The notes below the pieces were generated by a model. That model was given only the letters and a program-made list of their open reading frames with translations, made no database searches and was not told the origin of the DNA. The translations under genes were made by a program, and so were the position numbers. This document shows positions 27,429 through 41,440 of a DNA stretch of 64,000 nucleotides, piece by piece. The stretch's first letter is position 1; each line of letters opens with the position of its first letter. The stretch covers positions 31,992,001 through 32,056,000 of the forward strand of contig CM022670.1 in NCBI GenBank assembly GCA_012295275.1, written 5' to 3'. Origin of the DNA: Chrysomallon squamiferum (lineage: Eukaryota; Animalia; Mollusca).

Positions 27429-30400
27429 CATACAATTAACGTTTGTAAATCGCATACAATTAACAACAATCGATGGTTTTTTTTGTGTTTTTTCGGATAG
27501 AGTTTAAAATCTTTATTTATTAATTAAATTTAATTTATTTATTTATCAACGTATATATATATAATGATTCTTGTGACAGACTTTAAGCATATTTCAGTTT
27601 TATTATATATGCTTCGTCATCTAGGATACAACAGTTTAAAATACTTATCCGTCTCCTCCCAAGAAATGAAATAAAAAGAAGGAATATATGTTTTCAGATG
27701 AAACGTAATATACACGTATACGAAATAACTTACTCATTTCGTCGTGACACATATGACACAAAGCCCGGGGGTGGACAATAACAGTTTGTTTGTTTGGGTA
27801 TTTAAACTGATGCTTAACATACTTCTGCGTTCTCGAAAATACCCAGCACAGAAAAGATAGGCTAAATTATACGGAAATATTTCTTGTGCGTGTCACGTAG
27901 GGCGAAAAAAGGTTAAGGAGTACCGTGTATAATCTGTTTATTCTGAAGTTATTTAATTTTTGCACGTTACGATTCTCTTATTTCTGCTTACAGATTTACT
28001 TTATAAATATTTTGAAAAGAAGAAAAATAGAAAATAATTTATAAGTATATTTATACATTGATATGTTAATAATGATAATGATGATGATGATAATGCTTAG
28101 TCCTTTTTTCTTCTTATAACTAATGTCGTTTGTTATTGTTGATCATGAACTTCTTCATCAGCAGCTTCGTCGTCTTCACTGGTTTCGTCTTCATCATCAT
28201 CGTTTTCTTCTTATTATTATTATTATCATTATTATAATGAAAATGTACAAACAGTACATATTTAACATAAATTACCCATCTCCAAGGACAAATTGATATG
28301 TAATATTCATTCAGATCCGTATACTTATTGTGTACGGTGAAAACACTCGATCCCGTCACGGGATCCCTTTGCGGGGGAGGATGTCTTGTGTGTAACGGTT
28401 TCAGCTGTATTCACTGGAAAAATAATAATAATAAAGGGAATTCATCTGTTTTGATCAGTCATGTGATTCCGTATGAATAACAGGTTTTTTTCCATCACGT
28501 TATTGCTTACGACAAAACGACGAGCGATGCGGAGAGACAAAAAAGAGATTTCCACCCACTGATTTGGGAAAAAGATCTTTTTTAGGTTACTGAGGGCGCC
28601 TTTATAGATAACCTTACGTTGCCGAGACTTGTCAAATTCAGAATGTCGAGTATTTAGCGGTTCTTTATTATTATCTTTAAAATTATTTTTGTATCATAGT
28701 ATTAAAGAAAACAGGCTTGAAGCACGACTGGCCACAAGATCAGTCCTTCTCGCTGACGTTTTCAACCAGTACCTCACGACGTTACTGTGCTGTGTATGGG
28801 AAGGTTAGGCAACGTTGTTGCTAATCAGTGTGATACAAAAACTATACGTCTGACCCCTTTAATAAAAAAAAAATATTGAGTCAAAATTCTGTCCTATGTT
28901 CGCTTTTGCCTCGAACAAGCAAAACATCGCATAGAAAACAATTAGATTAAAAAATTCGCTAAAGATAGAATTGTCTACGTTTCCTCAAACACGTAATTTA
29001 CATTGCTATTTGATGAATCCACAAAACTTTTATCTTAGAGGATCACAGAACATTAGCGGCGAACAATCACTAAATTAAATCTAATTTTATTTTGGCAAAT
29101 ATCAAAAACATCAGAATGATATTGCATTTTAACTTTTATAACTTTTATATGATTATGCAATTATACAAAGTTTCCGTCTCGTCGATAATATGTAAATTGT
29201 GTCATTACAAACAGGTAAATCTCTATATGATAACATTTTATTTAATATATACACGTATATATGTATATTTATCACTGTTAATGTTATTCATATTAATGTA
29301 TGGTCAATCTTATACACATTAATGTACGATTATTTCATTCATATATACCTGTTTCTAATGACATTATTTGCACATTATCTACAAGACGAATAGTATATAA
29401 ATGTTCTATTCTTGGATTTTATAGAAACAGGATTTTAATGAAAACAGCATAACGAATTAAAATTTTCAAACATTTATCTATGGATGTGCTATCTATAGAT
29501 ATATATGTAGATGTGTGAGTGTATATAACTTTTTAATCTTTCCCTTTTTCTTTTTAATTTTTGCTATTGAGACTCACTCAGTGTTTTTCTGAATAAGAAT
29601 ATACATTTTTTACAGAAAAACACTATTATTTTTCTTCATTTTTCTATCTTTTTTGTTTTCTTTCTTTCTTTCTTTCTTTCATTCATTCATTCTTTCTTTC
29701 TTTCTTTTGTTAGTTGTTTTTCTTCTTCTTCAAACATTCATTTCGCAAAACATTATAAATATAAACGTACATGTATCGAATTACTTCTAAGTTTACTGGA
29801 ACAATTTATTTGATAAATATATAGGTATACATACGTACCATTATATACATATATGGCATGTTCATACATACATACGATGTACGTATGTACGTCAGTATAA
29901 AGACATACATATAAATGTATATAGACACAAACCTGCAAACACACACGTACAAACACAGAAACACATTAACTAATGTCATAAACAGTAAACAATATACATG
30001 TTTTGCAGGTCAAACGGAACGGGTACTGAGAAGTACACTTTCACCTGTCGGTTATCGGCCGACTAGAAGACACAGAAGGCACACACTGTGAATGACCTGA
30101 TCAGTCCACTCTCAGGAGTGTCCCACCTCTGCAGGAAATAATTTCTTACGTATCTAGTTATAAAATTAATAGTGCCCATAGGGGGTGTCTTTACGACATC
30201 TAGCATCTGCTTTGTACGGAGCACATGAAAATAGTGTGGTTTTGGGACGTACAGTAAAACACTGAAACGTACTTACGTTTATGACATTTTCAGTACGATT
30301 AAAGAAAGTGTAACTCTTGAAAAAAAAGAAGTTAACAGTTTGTAACTGAGTCAAAATAAGTCTGTTATTATAGTCGACAGTATTCAGATCAAAGAAAAGT

Positions 30401-30942
30401 TTTAATATAGACTATATGTATATGTGTATGTATGTTTGTATGTGTTTATGTATGAGTGCATGTATGTGTGTGTGTGTGTGTGTGTGTGTATTAATGTATG
30501 TCTATGTTTCATATGTGTGTGTGTGTCTGCTGCTTTTATGAGTGTGGGTGTATCTGACTATGTTTTAAATATTTTATTTCATTATATAAACCACACGCAC
30601 ACACACACAGAAAGAGAAAAACACTCGATACTCTTAGTTACATGGATAATAAAATATGTAAATCATATTGTCAAAAATAAGTAAATACCCAAATGATAAA
30701 CATTCATAAACATCAGTGTACGTTAACGACAAGTTATCACATTCATATCTATCCATTTCTATTTTTAACTCCGTGAACATTACTTACACATGATCCACGA
30801 GGCTGTAAATATAAATATGAAACAAAAGTTCACGTGCACTACTGAGATGTCTGGGGCAATAAAAGACAGCTTTGGGATTCAGCGCCAGGCAATTCTCAAT
30901 GATGTTGTTGTGGATGTTAATGTTGACTTTGCCTTGTATAAT

Positions 30943-30945
<3 letters not shown>

Positions 30946-31037
<92 letters not shown>
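30946..31037. repeat. (TC)n microsatellite
   Basis: Direct observation. Confidence 0.95.
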
Positions 31038-31847
31038 GCACTTTCACTGTGAAATTATTAAAAACAATTTTTTATTAATCTATGTTCATTTAAACCAGAC
31101 TAAGTTAAAAGAATTAATGAAACATTTATCCTTATTAAGCCTGTTTTTGAATTAGTATTAACATTTATACATCTCTGAATGTAACGTAAAAAGCTGGTGA
31201 AACAAATAATCATTTTGCTTGTACCGATTTACGAGTGATCTCTCTTGAAATTATTGATTAGCTGAAGCTTTCGGCTATAGGTGTCGCCACGTTAACCGTG
31301 ACATCAAAATTATACCAGCGTAATCGATTGCGGATAGAACGAGAAGAAAAACAAGATCGGAGCAGCATTCAGTTGAACAACAATCCGACTTTTCAAACTT
31401 CGTGTTTTCTTAGCGGCTAGAATGATTTTCTTCTCTGTTACACGGATAGTTACAAAAGGAGGCTTATAACTGAGATTTAAGTTGGTTTTTTCTTTCTTTT
31501 CAATCTCTCTTTTTTCTTTCTTTCTTTTTTTCTTCTTTTTTTTTTCTCTCCCCCTTCTTTTCCACAAAGAAATGTATTTCTCTGGCGCAAAACTGCTTGG
31601 TTCTTAAACAATATGCAGTGCTCGCTTGAGTTTCTTTTTTCTTTTTTCTTTTTATTATTATTGTGATTTTTTGTTTCACCCTGTAATCAATTTTTCAGTG
31701 ATGGGTCAAAGATATTTATTTTATTTTATTTTATTTTTATTTCTATTTTTCTCCCAATTTTATAAATACATCAGGATAAAATGTATAATATTAAAATAGT
31801 TTCATTCCAGTGTTCGTCTTGGAAATATGTTTTTAATTCCTTTTTAA

Positions 31848-31862
31848 ATTATTATTATTATG

Positions 31863-31913
<51 letters not shown>
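31848..31913. repeat. (ATT)n microsatellite
   Basis: Direct observation. Confidence 0.95.
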
Positions 31914-31915
<2 letters not shown>

Positions 31916-33869
31916 AAACGTTTTAAATATTATTTCATTTGAAAAAAAAAGAGGCTATTCTCTTGATAACAGCATGGTAATAAGTTTTATCAGTAACCCC
32001 GTATCTTTTCTCCCGAATGAATAAACAAATATTATCTGTCAAAAACTGACTCGGTTATAATATATCACTTTTGATTATATACAGAATGGCTTTCGTTCAT
32101 AATAGTATATTCACTGTCATGAGCATATGGTGAATTTTGGGTGGTTTAGTAGGCTGACAGTAGTTGATTTCCTCGAACTTTTACAGAGATAAAGACACAC
32201 AAGTAACAATTTCTAATTGTTTTTCACAAATTTGTGCCAGTGTTTTGTCAGAATTTGAGTGGTACATTCATGTTCATTACGGTTACCCTGAAAAGTGTTT
32301 CTGGTTCTCCGCGAATTTATTTTTAAAAAAATGTTTTAATGAGTAGCTAAGTGTTCATTAATAATTGTTTCCAGTTATAAACGATATCTATGTCAGCAAG
32401 ATTGAAAGTTAAATTATAGTCTGTGAGAGAGACAGATACAGACATACATTTCAGTGTTTTGAGACTGGGAAGTAATCGCCAGTGATTATCCATTCTGTTA
32501 TTTCATACAAAAACAGATTTATGCGTCTGGCTCTGTATAAAGTATTGCAGTGATAGATCTGAGATAATGATTTTAAAATAGATGTAAGTAAGATAGGCGA
32601 TCTAGATATTCTTTTCAAGATAATGGATGTATATTTATGTCTGTTCGTTTATGTGATATATACCTGTGTGTTCCTTTGAATGTGTATGTTTGTATATGTG
32701 TAATTGTAAATTTTTGTGTTTGTATTGGTTTTGAAATGTATGTCCGTATGTATATAAATAAGCGCTTTTGTAGGCATGATAGGCAAGTGTGTTTGTGTAT
32801 GTATTTGTTACATATGCAAGTACGTGTATATAGATGTCTGTAATAAACTGAATAAATATGATTATTTTATTCGTGAATAATCATAAACGTACTTGCTTCA
32901 TAAATATTTTTAGGTAAATAGACGTATTTACGGACATGCAGATTCACCTGTAGATGAATGACAGACGGAAAAAATTCAGGACCGGCTGGATTACAAAAAG
33001 AAAAATGAATGAATGATGTCGCTATGAAAAAACACACATCCTGTGAATTCAAAACGCGTGTCATTTCTGATAAATATCTTTACGTTCCGCAGTCTTATTC
33101 GTGTCGAAAGAAAAAAACTTTACAAATTATAGCTTCTAAACTTATTGCTGTTATTAGTCTTGTGTTGGTATGCACCGTTTCATATAATACATATGGGGGG
33201 AAAAAACAAGGAAAAAAAAGGTTTTCTTGTTTTCGTCTACCTCTGTGTGACTGTTTTACGATGCGCTGGTGCGTGTTTACTCACATATTTACATTTTTTC
33301 TCATGCTGATTATGTGATTATGACATCTACATAACAAAGAAACAAACAGATCGTGCCGATTTGTTTATACAAAAGTCATAACTGCAGTACTTCGGAGTTG
33401 CTTCCCTTAACACATATATTTCGAAGTTTGATATCGATCGATTGTTATTGAACTGGAATGCAGTAAAACGTTGATATGCATTTCTTCTACAATTTTACCT
33501 TTATTTTTACTCCTTCTTGTTCTTATTAAAAGAAACTAAAATACTTTCTTTTAAATAATAAAAATAAAAGAATAAGAGGGTGTATGCTGATAAAGTTCTG
33601 ATTTCATGACTAAAACGCCAAAGGCAGTGAAAAGTCTAAAGTTTCATATTTTTGGAAATATTTTTTAGCAAAAAAAAAAAAAATAATAATAAAAATTCAA
33701 AGTTTTGTATTAAAATAATAAAAAAAAAAAAAAAAACTATAGCAAATATTATAGCAATAACGGTATTATTAAAAGTTATGGATAAGAGTGTAAAGCCAGC
33801 TAAACATTATTAAACATTACCATGCGTACTGAGTATATACATATACTTTTCTAATATTGTTCTCCTGTG

Positions 33870-34090
33870 AGCAGGTGCTGTAATAACAAAAGCTGTGGTA
33901 TGTGCTGTTATATTTTCTTAAAACTGTTATAAATCACTTTTGTGTCTGCCAATCGAAAGTAATGGAAGCAGATGGTTTATTCTTTTAACATTCAACATCC
34001 AGAGTCGCTTTGACCGTGTAACTGAAACGAAATACATGTAGTGATTTACACAGAGATACTGAGCGTTAAACAATTAGTTCTTTCATTCCG
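33870..34090 (+). mobile_element. Degenerate SINE copy
   Basis: AAAAGCTGTGGTATGTGCTG...CCAATCGAAAG...GCGTTAAAC..TTCTTTCATTC has the same block order as the 22.0 kb copy. Confidence 0.45.
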
Positions 34091-34485
34091 TTCTATGTGT
34101 GGTATTGATATTAGTCAGTCACTTATGTAATATTCCCTTCAGTGCACTTACAACACATTCTCTGTCGAGTTTATTCAAGAATGTTTCTATATGAATATGC
34201 GCTTGTTCGTATATATCGATGCAAGTGCATAGTCATATCCAGCTTTTTTCTATTAAGAAAACAGACGTGAACATAAATTTACACAGGACTCACATTACAT
34301 GTGTGTGTGTGTTTATTATATACATGCAAACTGTAGTTTCCCTGTGTAATTCTTATAACAATTATAACCGTTTATTTACAGCAGTCATAATATATTTAGA
34401 ATATGTAGATAAAATCATAATATATTTAGAATATAAAGACAAAAACACTCATTATTGTAGTTCGCAATATACATGACAGCATTCA

Positions 34486-34705
34486 TATGTATATATACAT
34501 ACATACATACATATATATATGCAAACATACATACATACACACATACATACACACATACATACATACATACGTAATACATACATATATATATATACATAAA
34601 TGCATACATACAAAATATATATATATAAATACATGCTTACGTACACAATACATACATACATACATACATATATACATATAAGCATGCTTACGTAGATACA
34701 CACCT
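34486..34705. repeat. Degenerate (TACA/TA)n repeat
   Basis: Direct observation; source of several spurious ORFs. Confidence 0.9.
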
Positions 34706-37700
34706 ACGCACAGACAGACAATTATTAATAAGTAATTAATTATGAAAGTAAATATTATCTCAACAATAAAAAATAATAATAATAATAATAAAAACATATG
34801 ATATTCTTACATTAATACAAACACGAAAGTAAAAAGGTGTCTTTATTCAAAATAAAAACACTGGCGGGTATAGCTGAAATACAAACTGTATACATATATA
34901 TGGCAAACTGTAAATTTAGGCTTTATTCCTTCTGAAATATTTTCAAAACAATATATTTACATTACTATGTACAGAATATATATAATGCATAGGAGAGTAT
35001 ATTATTCACTGTGAGTGTAGATTTGAACTGATTTTTATTTATCATTATTAGTATTATTATTAGGAGTAAAAGTAGTAAAAGTAGTAGTAGTAGTTGTTGT
35101 TGTTGTTGTTGTTGTAGTAGTAGTAGTATAAGTTGAAGTAGTAGCAATATAAAACATACAGCTAGCTACACGTTTTCTCCCCTATAACTTAGCTAAATAC
35201 TTGAGATATAAAAAGACTGCCCTAAATTTCAGTATCAGTGTTAAAGTGAATCGGTTGACAGTAATCACGATTCAATGTATTTCATTTTTAAAAACATTTG
35301 CCCGTAATTACCATCTTTTGGCCTTGTTCAAACTGTCATAGCAACGCATTCGACTTGAATTGCATGGACGTCAACAAGCCATATTTTAGCGGCTAATTTT
35401 ATTGCAAGAGTACTATTTATCTCGCTTTCCTAGGTAATCCAGCGGAACTAAAGATGAGTTAAGAACTAAATGGGCAGTTTTTGTAACCGTATTATGATGC
35501 ATTGCATAGTGGAGAGGGTATCGCTGAATGTGTACTGTACGTGTATAGACGCTGCGCGAATATGTCCCCGAGCAGCACAGTGTCATTGCTCGCCCACCGT
35601 TAACTCCTTCTTTTTTTCCTTGACTTTTTTTTTTGTACTAGTCTGACACTTATCCCGTGGCCGGAAATCAGAAAAACCCTATAGAAAAAATTGTGTTGAA
35701 GGCGTTACGCCAATTCGGGTGCGCAGTTTAATCCATTTTTCTTTTTCTCGGCGTCAGCAGAAAATGCTGAGACGGAAATTTTTGAAGGACCGGCAATGAC
35801 TTAATACAGGTAAAAAGTATACACACCTGTGGACCGACTTACCTGTCTTATTCACACAACGAGTAAGATATACACAGCTCAGCGCTGACATTCAGTTCAG
35901 TGACGCAAAGCATTTCCGCACGAGATCACTGAAACGACAAATAAGAATAATGCATTACAGCCAGCCTCACTGTCAGACACCACCCTTTTTCAGGACCATG
36001 GCTAAGTGTGCTGTCTTGGGCAGGAGTCTGTTATCAAGATGTATTAAAAAATAAAAAATAACAACAAGAATAACAAGAAGAACAACTGCAGTAACAATAA
36101 TGATGATGATGATTTTATTAAACAATTTCTTAATAATCGTAAAACTGATGTTGATGTTGATAAATAAATAATATAATCGGCTTAATTTGATGAGATTAAC
36201 TGGTCAGTAAAAAATAAATATTACCCGTCTTTTTCTGTTATATTCACATAAATTTAAGTAGACGTTTGTGTCTTGCTGAAAAGTTACTATATACACGACC
36301 AGTAGTTAATTTATATATATATATGTATGTATGTATTTAGGTAAATATATATATTATTATGTCTTTGGCAGATATTACTTATAGGTGTCTAAGGCATATA
36401 AGTAGATATGTGTGTGTGTATGTGTGTGTAATGTAAAGGTCTGTGAAATTGTTTGTGGTATATACATATAGGTATATCACTGTTGGATACAATTTTAATA
36501 AAATAGCATATCTCTTGTACATACGTGACTTTGAATACGTATGCACATTCTTATAAACGTTCTTCATACTTAAAATTATTTTAAGAATGTATACATATTA
36601 CTAATATATATATCCGGTTACACATGAGTGTTTTTTTGTTCATCTTAATAGCCCACTACTATGATATTCATTACATAATCTTTTTTTCTTTCTTTTTTAT
36701 ATAACTATATATTTACTTCTTTTAATATGTTCATACGTCATTCAGTAGTATATATAATGCTTCCTATAAAAAAAAAAAAATGTTGTTAGTCAGATAAACG
36801 AATAGGACTGGCGAATTGTGATGGTTGACTGACATAATCGTTATTCGTTTTACTGCAGTGTGCCTGATCTTATAAAATATACGAAACGTGTTGTGTACAT
36901 GTTAATCAGCATGTCTGTTTTCTTGTTTTAAACACACATAGACATCCAACTTATCATTAAGTCGTCTGATAGTTCTTGTTCTCTTGTGTTTTCTTCGGCT
37001 GAAACATCTGAAAATATTATGGTATATTTACATCCACGAACACACATTAAGGTGCCAAGATCTACAAGTTTTAGTAAGTGCACGAGTTATTTGCGTCACA
37101 CCTACAAAAGTCTTGGCTCATCATGCGGGTTAAATATATCATCGGTCTGGATTAAACCCGTGGGAAGAACTCAACTAGCAAGTAATAATAACCTAGTTTT
37201 AGTCAGCGCACTGCCTCAGTGCTGATAACTAGGCACGGAGAACTGTTTGTTTGTTTATTCGTCAAATGATAAACTTCCTGGTTTTTCAATAAGACCTAAC
37301 AGTTACCAACATTCTGGAGAAGTTTTGTGTTGCGCTTTTAAAACTGGACTTTGCTCTTGTACTTTTGACTTTCGTTATCGTTTGATTTTCCAGAGTATGC
37401 TGAGGAAGTTTTTTTGGGGGAGAGGTATGGTTGAGAGTCGTGTAATAAATATTAAACTGGCTATCTGACTGCACATTTGTAACTACAAACTGTGGTGCAG
37501 GATAGGTGATAAATTTTCCCTTTAATACGTGACGTCAGCCAAAGGATAATTGGAAAAACATTTAAGAAAACCACAGAAACATGTGAGAAAGTAAATTTCG
37601 TTTTAGAACATTTTCCTTACATCGTAATATTAATATTTCACGGATAACTGTTCAGTGATTAGATGGTTTCATGAAGGATGTGGAATTTATGGGTGAATGA

Positions 37701-37747
37701 ATTAGGGACTATTAAAAGCTTTATCCTACACGTCTACTATAAAATCT

Positions 37748-37912
<165 letters not shown>

Positions 37913-38157
37913 AAACAACCAGAATCACGATATAGTAACAACGACCTCCCCCTTGGAACACACTAACCCATGTGAAAAACCTAGTGAATCCTGCCCTGAC
38001 GTACTTAAAAAAACACTGGCTGATTTTCAGTGTATTTCTAGAAACGATAAGTGAAGGACGAACGAAGGTTCACTTAGAAATTAGATAAAACGAACGAAAT
38101 AGCAATCAACCGTATACCAGTTAAAATAATAAGGCTCATTTAGTTAGATGTAGATAT

Positions 38158-38225
38158 GGGATATATATAGTCTAATGGTAGAGCGCTTGCTTTAGGGGCG
38201 ATAGGTCGTAAGCTCTGTTTCTAAG
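38158..38225 (+). mobile_element. tRNA-like SINE head remnant
   Basis: TAGTCTAATGGTAGAGCGCTTGC resembles a tRNA D-arm/A-box. No intact T-arm or acceptor stem. Confidence 0.45.
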
Positions 38226-41200
38226 CTGTGGGAATTATAAAAAGTAGTGCTGGGAAAATATGAAAAATGGTAGCGAAATCCTTCTAGACGTGTAAGATTA
38301 TAAGTTATTTTGCTAGCAGTACTGACATTATTTTGTTTATGGAAAGTATTTGTTAAAGGCAACAATAATAGTAATTTAAAAACATCCCCAAACAAGCTAA
38401 CAATATTTTAATTATGCATTACACAGGTGGTAATTCGCGTGTATTCTGATCTCGACGGCGCGGTGGGTTGGGGATCGCATCCCCGTTCAGCTCTGTCCTG
38501 ATACAACACAGCTAAACGATCAATTCTTTCAACTTTATCTAAGACCTGAGACCATCCTGGACCATGTGTGTTTAACGAGACGTGCTTCGCTACTCTTTGC
38601 TTTAACTAGAAAGTTAAATTTACAGACAAACAAGCTATTCGGCTGGTGCAGTTTGAGATCACAGTCACTTAAATGAACTATTAACATTATTTGTTCTAGC
38701 AAATGAAATATAACCTAGTATACTGAAAGCTTAATTTTAGATAACATTAAGAATTTTAAATTATTTCGTGAATGCACAGAAAAAAGGTGTACAACAGTTA
38801 CATACGCATATAAAATGAAAACAATAATTTAAAAGCTTTTTTCCTTTACGGTTTTTGACATAATGTTATTTCAGTGGTTTAGTTGTTTTTCCGTTCTCAC
38901 CAGAGTCCCTTGGCAGGTTTATCAAGGTTGTCGTATATGCTTGCTGCTACTCGATGAGGAGAGGTTATCATCGTATCTGGTTTATTTTCTTATAATTCTC
39001 ATGTAAATTAAAATAATAACTGTTAAAATCTGCTGATATAATTAAAGATAATTTGATGTATTTTTCTTTTCATACAGTTAAATTAAATTCTTTGCTTCTT
39101 ATTAGTATATAACATAATTACCTCATGCAATTAATTCACAAAAATCTTTCGGATATATTTTGTGCTGCTAAGAAATTATTTTATTATCGGAATTACTTTG
39201 CAGTGCACCCGTTATGTTGTATTTTATGTCTGATTAATCGGATGACCGTTTCAAACTGCTTTGGGGCCTCACGTGTAAGTGTTTCGCTTCAACGTGATAC
39301 AGTCTTTACATTCTGTGTTAGGCAATTTCTAAACTTTTTATTAAGCAAGCCTAATTGTTTTTCTGCTCATCTGACCATAAATCCATCTTTTATCCCAGGT
39401 GTCACGGTTGCCACGTTGTAAAGTTGCCAGTCGCGGAATCTAATTGCAACCATCTAACCCCTCTGTGTTCGCCAAGGGTGGCCCGCGTAACATTGCGGCT
39501 ATTATCCACGGAGGCTTGCTTATACTTTCTGCATAGGGATGAAATAAAAACACCCTTCATTTTTCTAAGCTTGACTTAAAGACTTTAACCGCTGCAGCGC
39601 CTTTCGGACACTTTCGTAACAATTGTAAATTTAAAAAAAAAAAAAAGGAGAAATGTCATGTCATCAATTATCCAATGTTTGTATAGTCCGTCTTCGGGCA
39701 TTCCGGCCTACTTCTGGAAACACAAAACCGGGTTACGGGAGAAAATGTCTCGTTTAATCAAGGTAGCTGGATTGCTATTGTGTTTCTAGACCCAGCGGCA
39801 TTCTATAAATGAAATACCCTTGTTTCTATCATTCTTCAAGAAGAATAGCCACAGCAGATCAAAGCTTTGACTTTCCCTTTAGAAGTCAAAACAGCGTGAC
39901 TTTCCGGTGAATCTAACGGAAGTTGGAGGTATGCGACCCATACTCGAAGTCGACTCGAAATTTACTGATGAAGACCCTGCCTACGTGGTTTTCCTTTTTT
40001 TTTCTCTTTAAAGATACGTCAGCGAGATGGAACACTCTTCAGATGTTTTGTTGTTCTTGTTGGGGTTTTAATGTGTTACTGTGTGGCTCATAAAACACAG
40101 AAGTGATTTTTTTGTATTCATCACTTTTTGTCTTGATACACCTTGATGTCTCTTTTAGCCAAAGAAAGTTTTAATCATCTAATATGTTTCCGTTCAAACC
40201 AAGTGTAAATGTTAATGTCTGGCCACTGTAAGAGAAGTCTGTGTGATAGGCTGAGATACCAGTAAATAATTCCTTAGAGAAAATGGTACAAGTTCGCAGG
40301 TCAGTTTATTAACTTTGAAATTCATGGTGGATTTGCGAGGCACGCTGTTTAATAGACGTAAATTTACAACTCATCACAGCTGAACTTTAACCAGAAACCA
40401 GTAACCAGAAGTTTAAATTAAAATCAAGAAAACGATTGCAGTGTCTGTTTTAATAAGAAAATTAAATATATAAATAATATTTAATGTATTTCTTTTCTCT
40501 GATTGTTTATTAATGTAACCAATAGTAAGATAAATATATTTTTCTTTGTTAATCACAAGTAATCAAGTACTCTTGGCTGATGTTTTCCTTATGAAACAGA
40601 CAATAAGTTATAGTTTTTTATATTTACTTGATACACAAACTGATATATATATATATACATACATACATACATAAAACATGCAAACAACAAAAACAAACAA
40701 AGAAACACAAATATTGTTATATTTGTTTAATATTCCAACTTGTTTAACAAACAAAAATACCCACCGAAAAAAAAAAAAAAAAAAAAAAACAAAAAAAACA
40801 AACAAAAAAACTTATAACATTTTTAACATTTGTTAATCAAAACACAGCCATCTAATAAAAATACGTGTTCGCTTCTCTTGCCTAATATCTTTATCAGACA
40901 ATCTTGTTTCTTTGTAGTAGTGCGTTCCACAGATTAATGACAGAGTCTTCAAGTGATAATCCAGTTAGGCGTTTGCGTAATCTTGCGTAAGTTTATACTA
41001 CCTGTATTAGTTTGACGATATCTGTGTAGTCACCCAGATACAACATTCCATTCTTTGATGGTGGACAACATATTTTAGTTTACAGTCACATCTCCACTGT
41101 TTAGTAGAGCATTCCTGCGTGGTCTATTAGTTTTTAACACTAATGCGTATTGTTACATAAATTGTGAACATATGTATATATCTATTAAACTGTTGACAGG

Positions 41201-41274
41201 AAAAATGGTTACGTGAGCATATAATTATATATTTATATCTATATATATATATATGTCAGTGTGTTTATCAATAT

Positions 41275-41440
41275 CTGTTTATCTGTATATCTAGTCTGTC
41301 TATATCTATCTATCTATATGTCTGTCTATCTATCTGTATAATCTGTCTATCTTTCTGTATGTATCACTGCTTGTCTCTCTGTCTGTGTATATATCTGTCT
41401 ATCTATCATTCAATATATCTGTTAATCTTATCTATTTATC
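41275..41440. repeat. Degenerate (TCTA/TCTG)n repeat
   Basis: Direct observation. Confidence 0.85.

Noticed and set aside
30784-31155. ORFs with ER/LS/CV/YI/poly-I or poly-L runs (also at 23.5, 34.4-34.8, 37.7, 43.1, 50.9, 56.5-57.2 and 59.7 kb)
   Set aside because: Translations of microsatellites.
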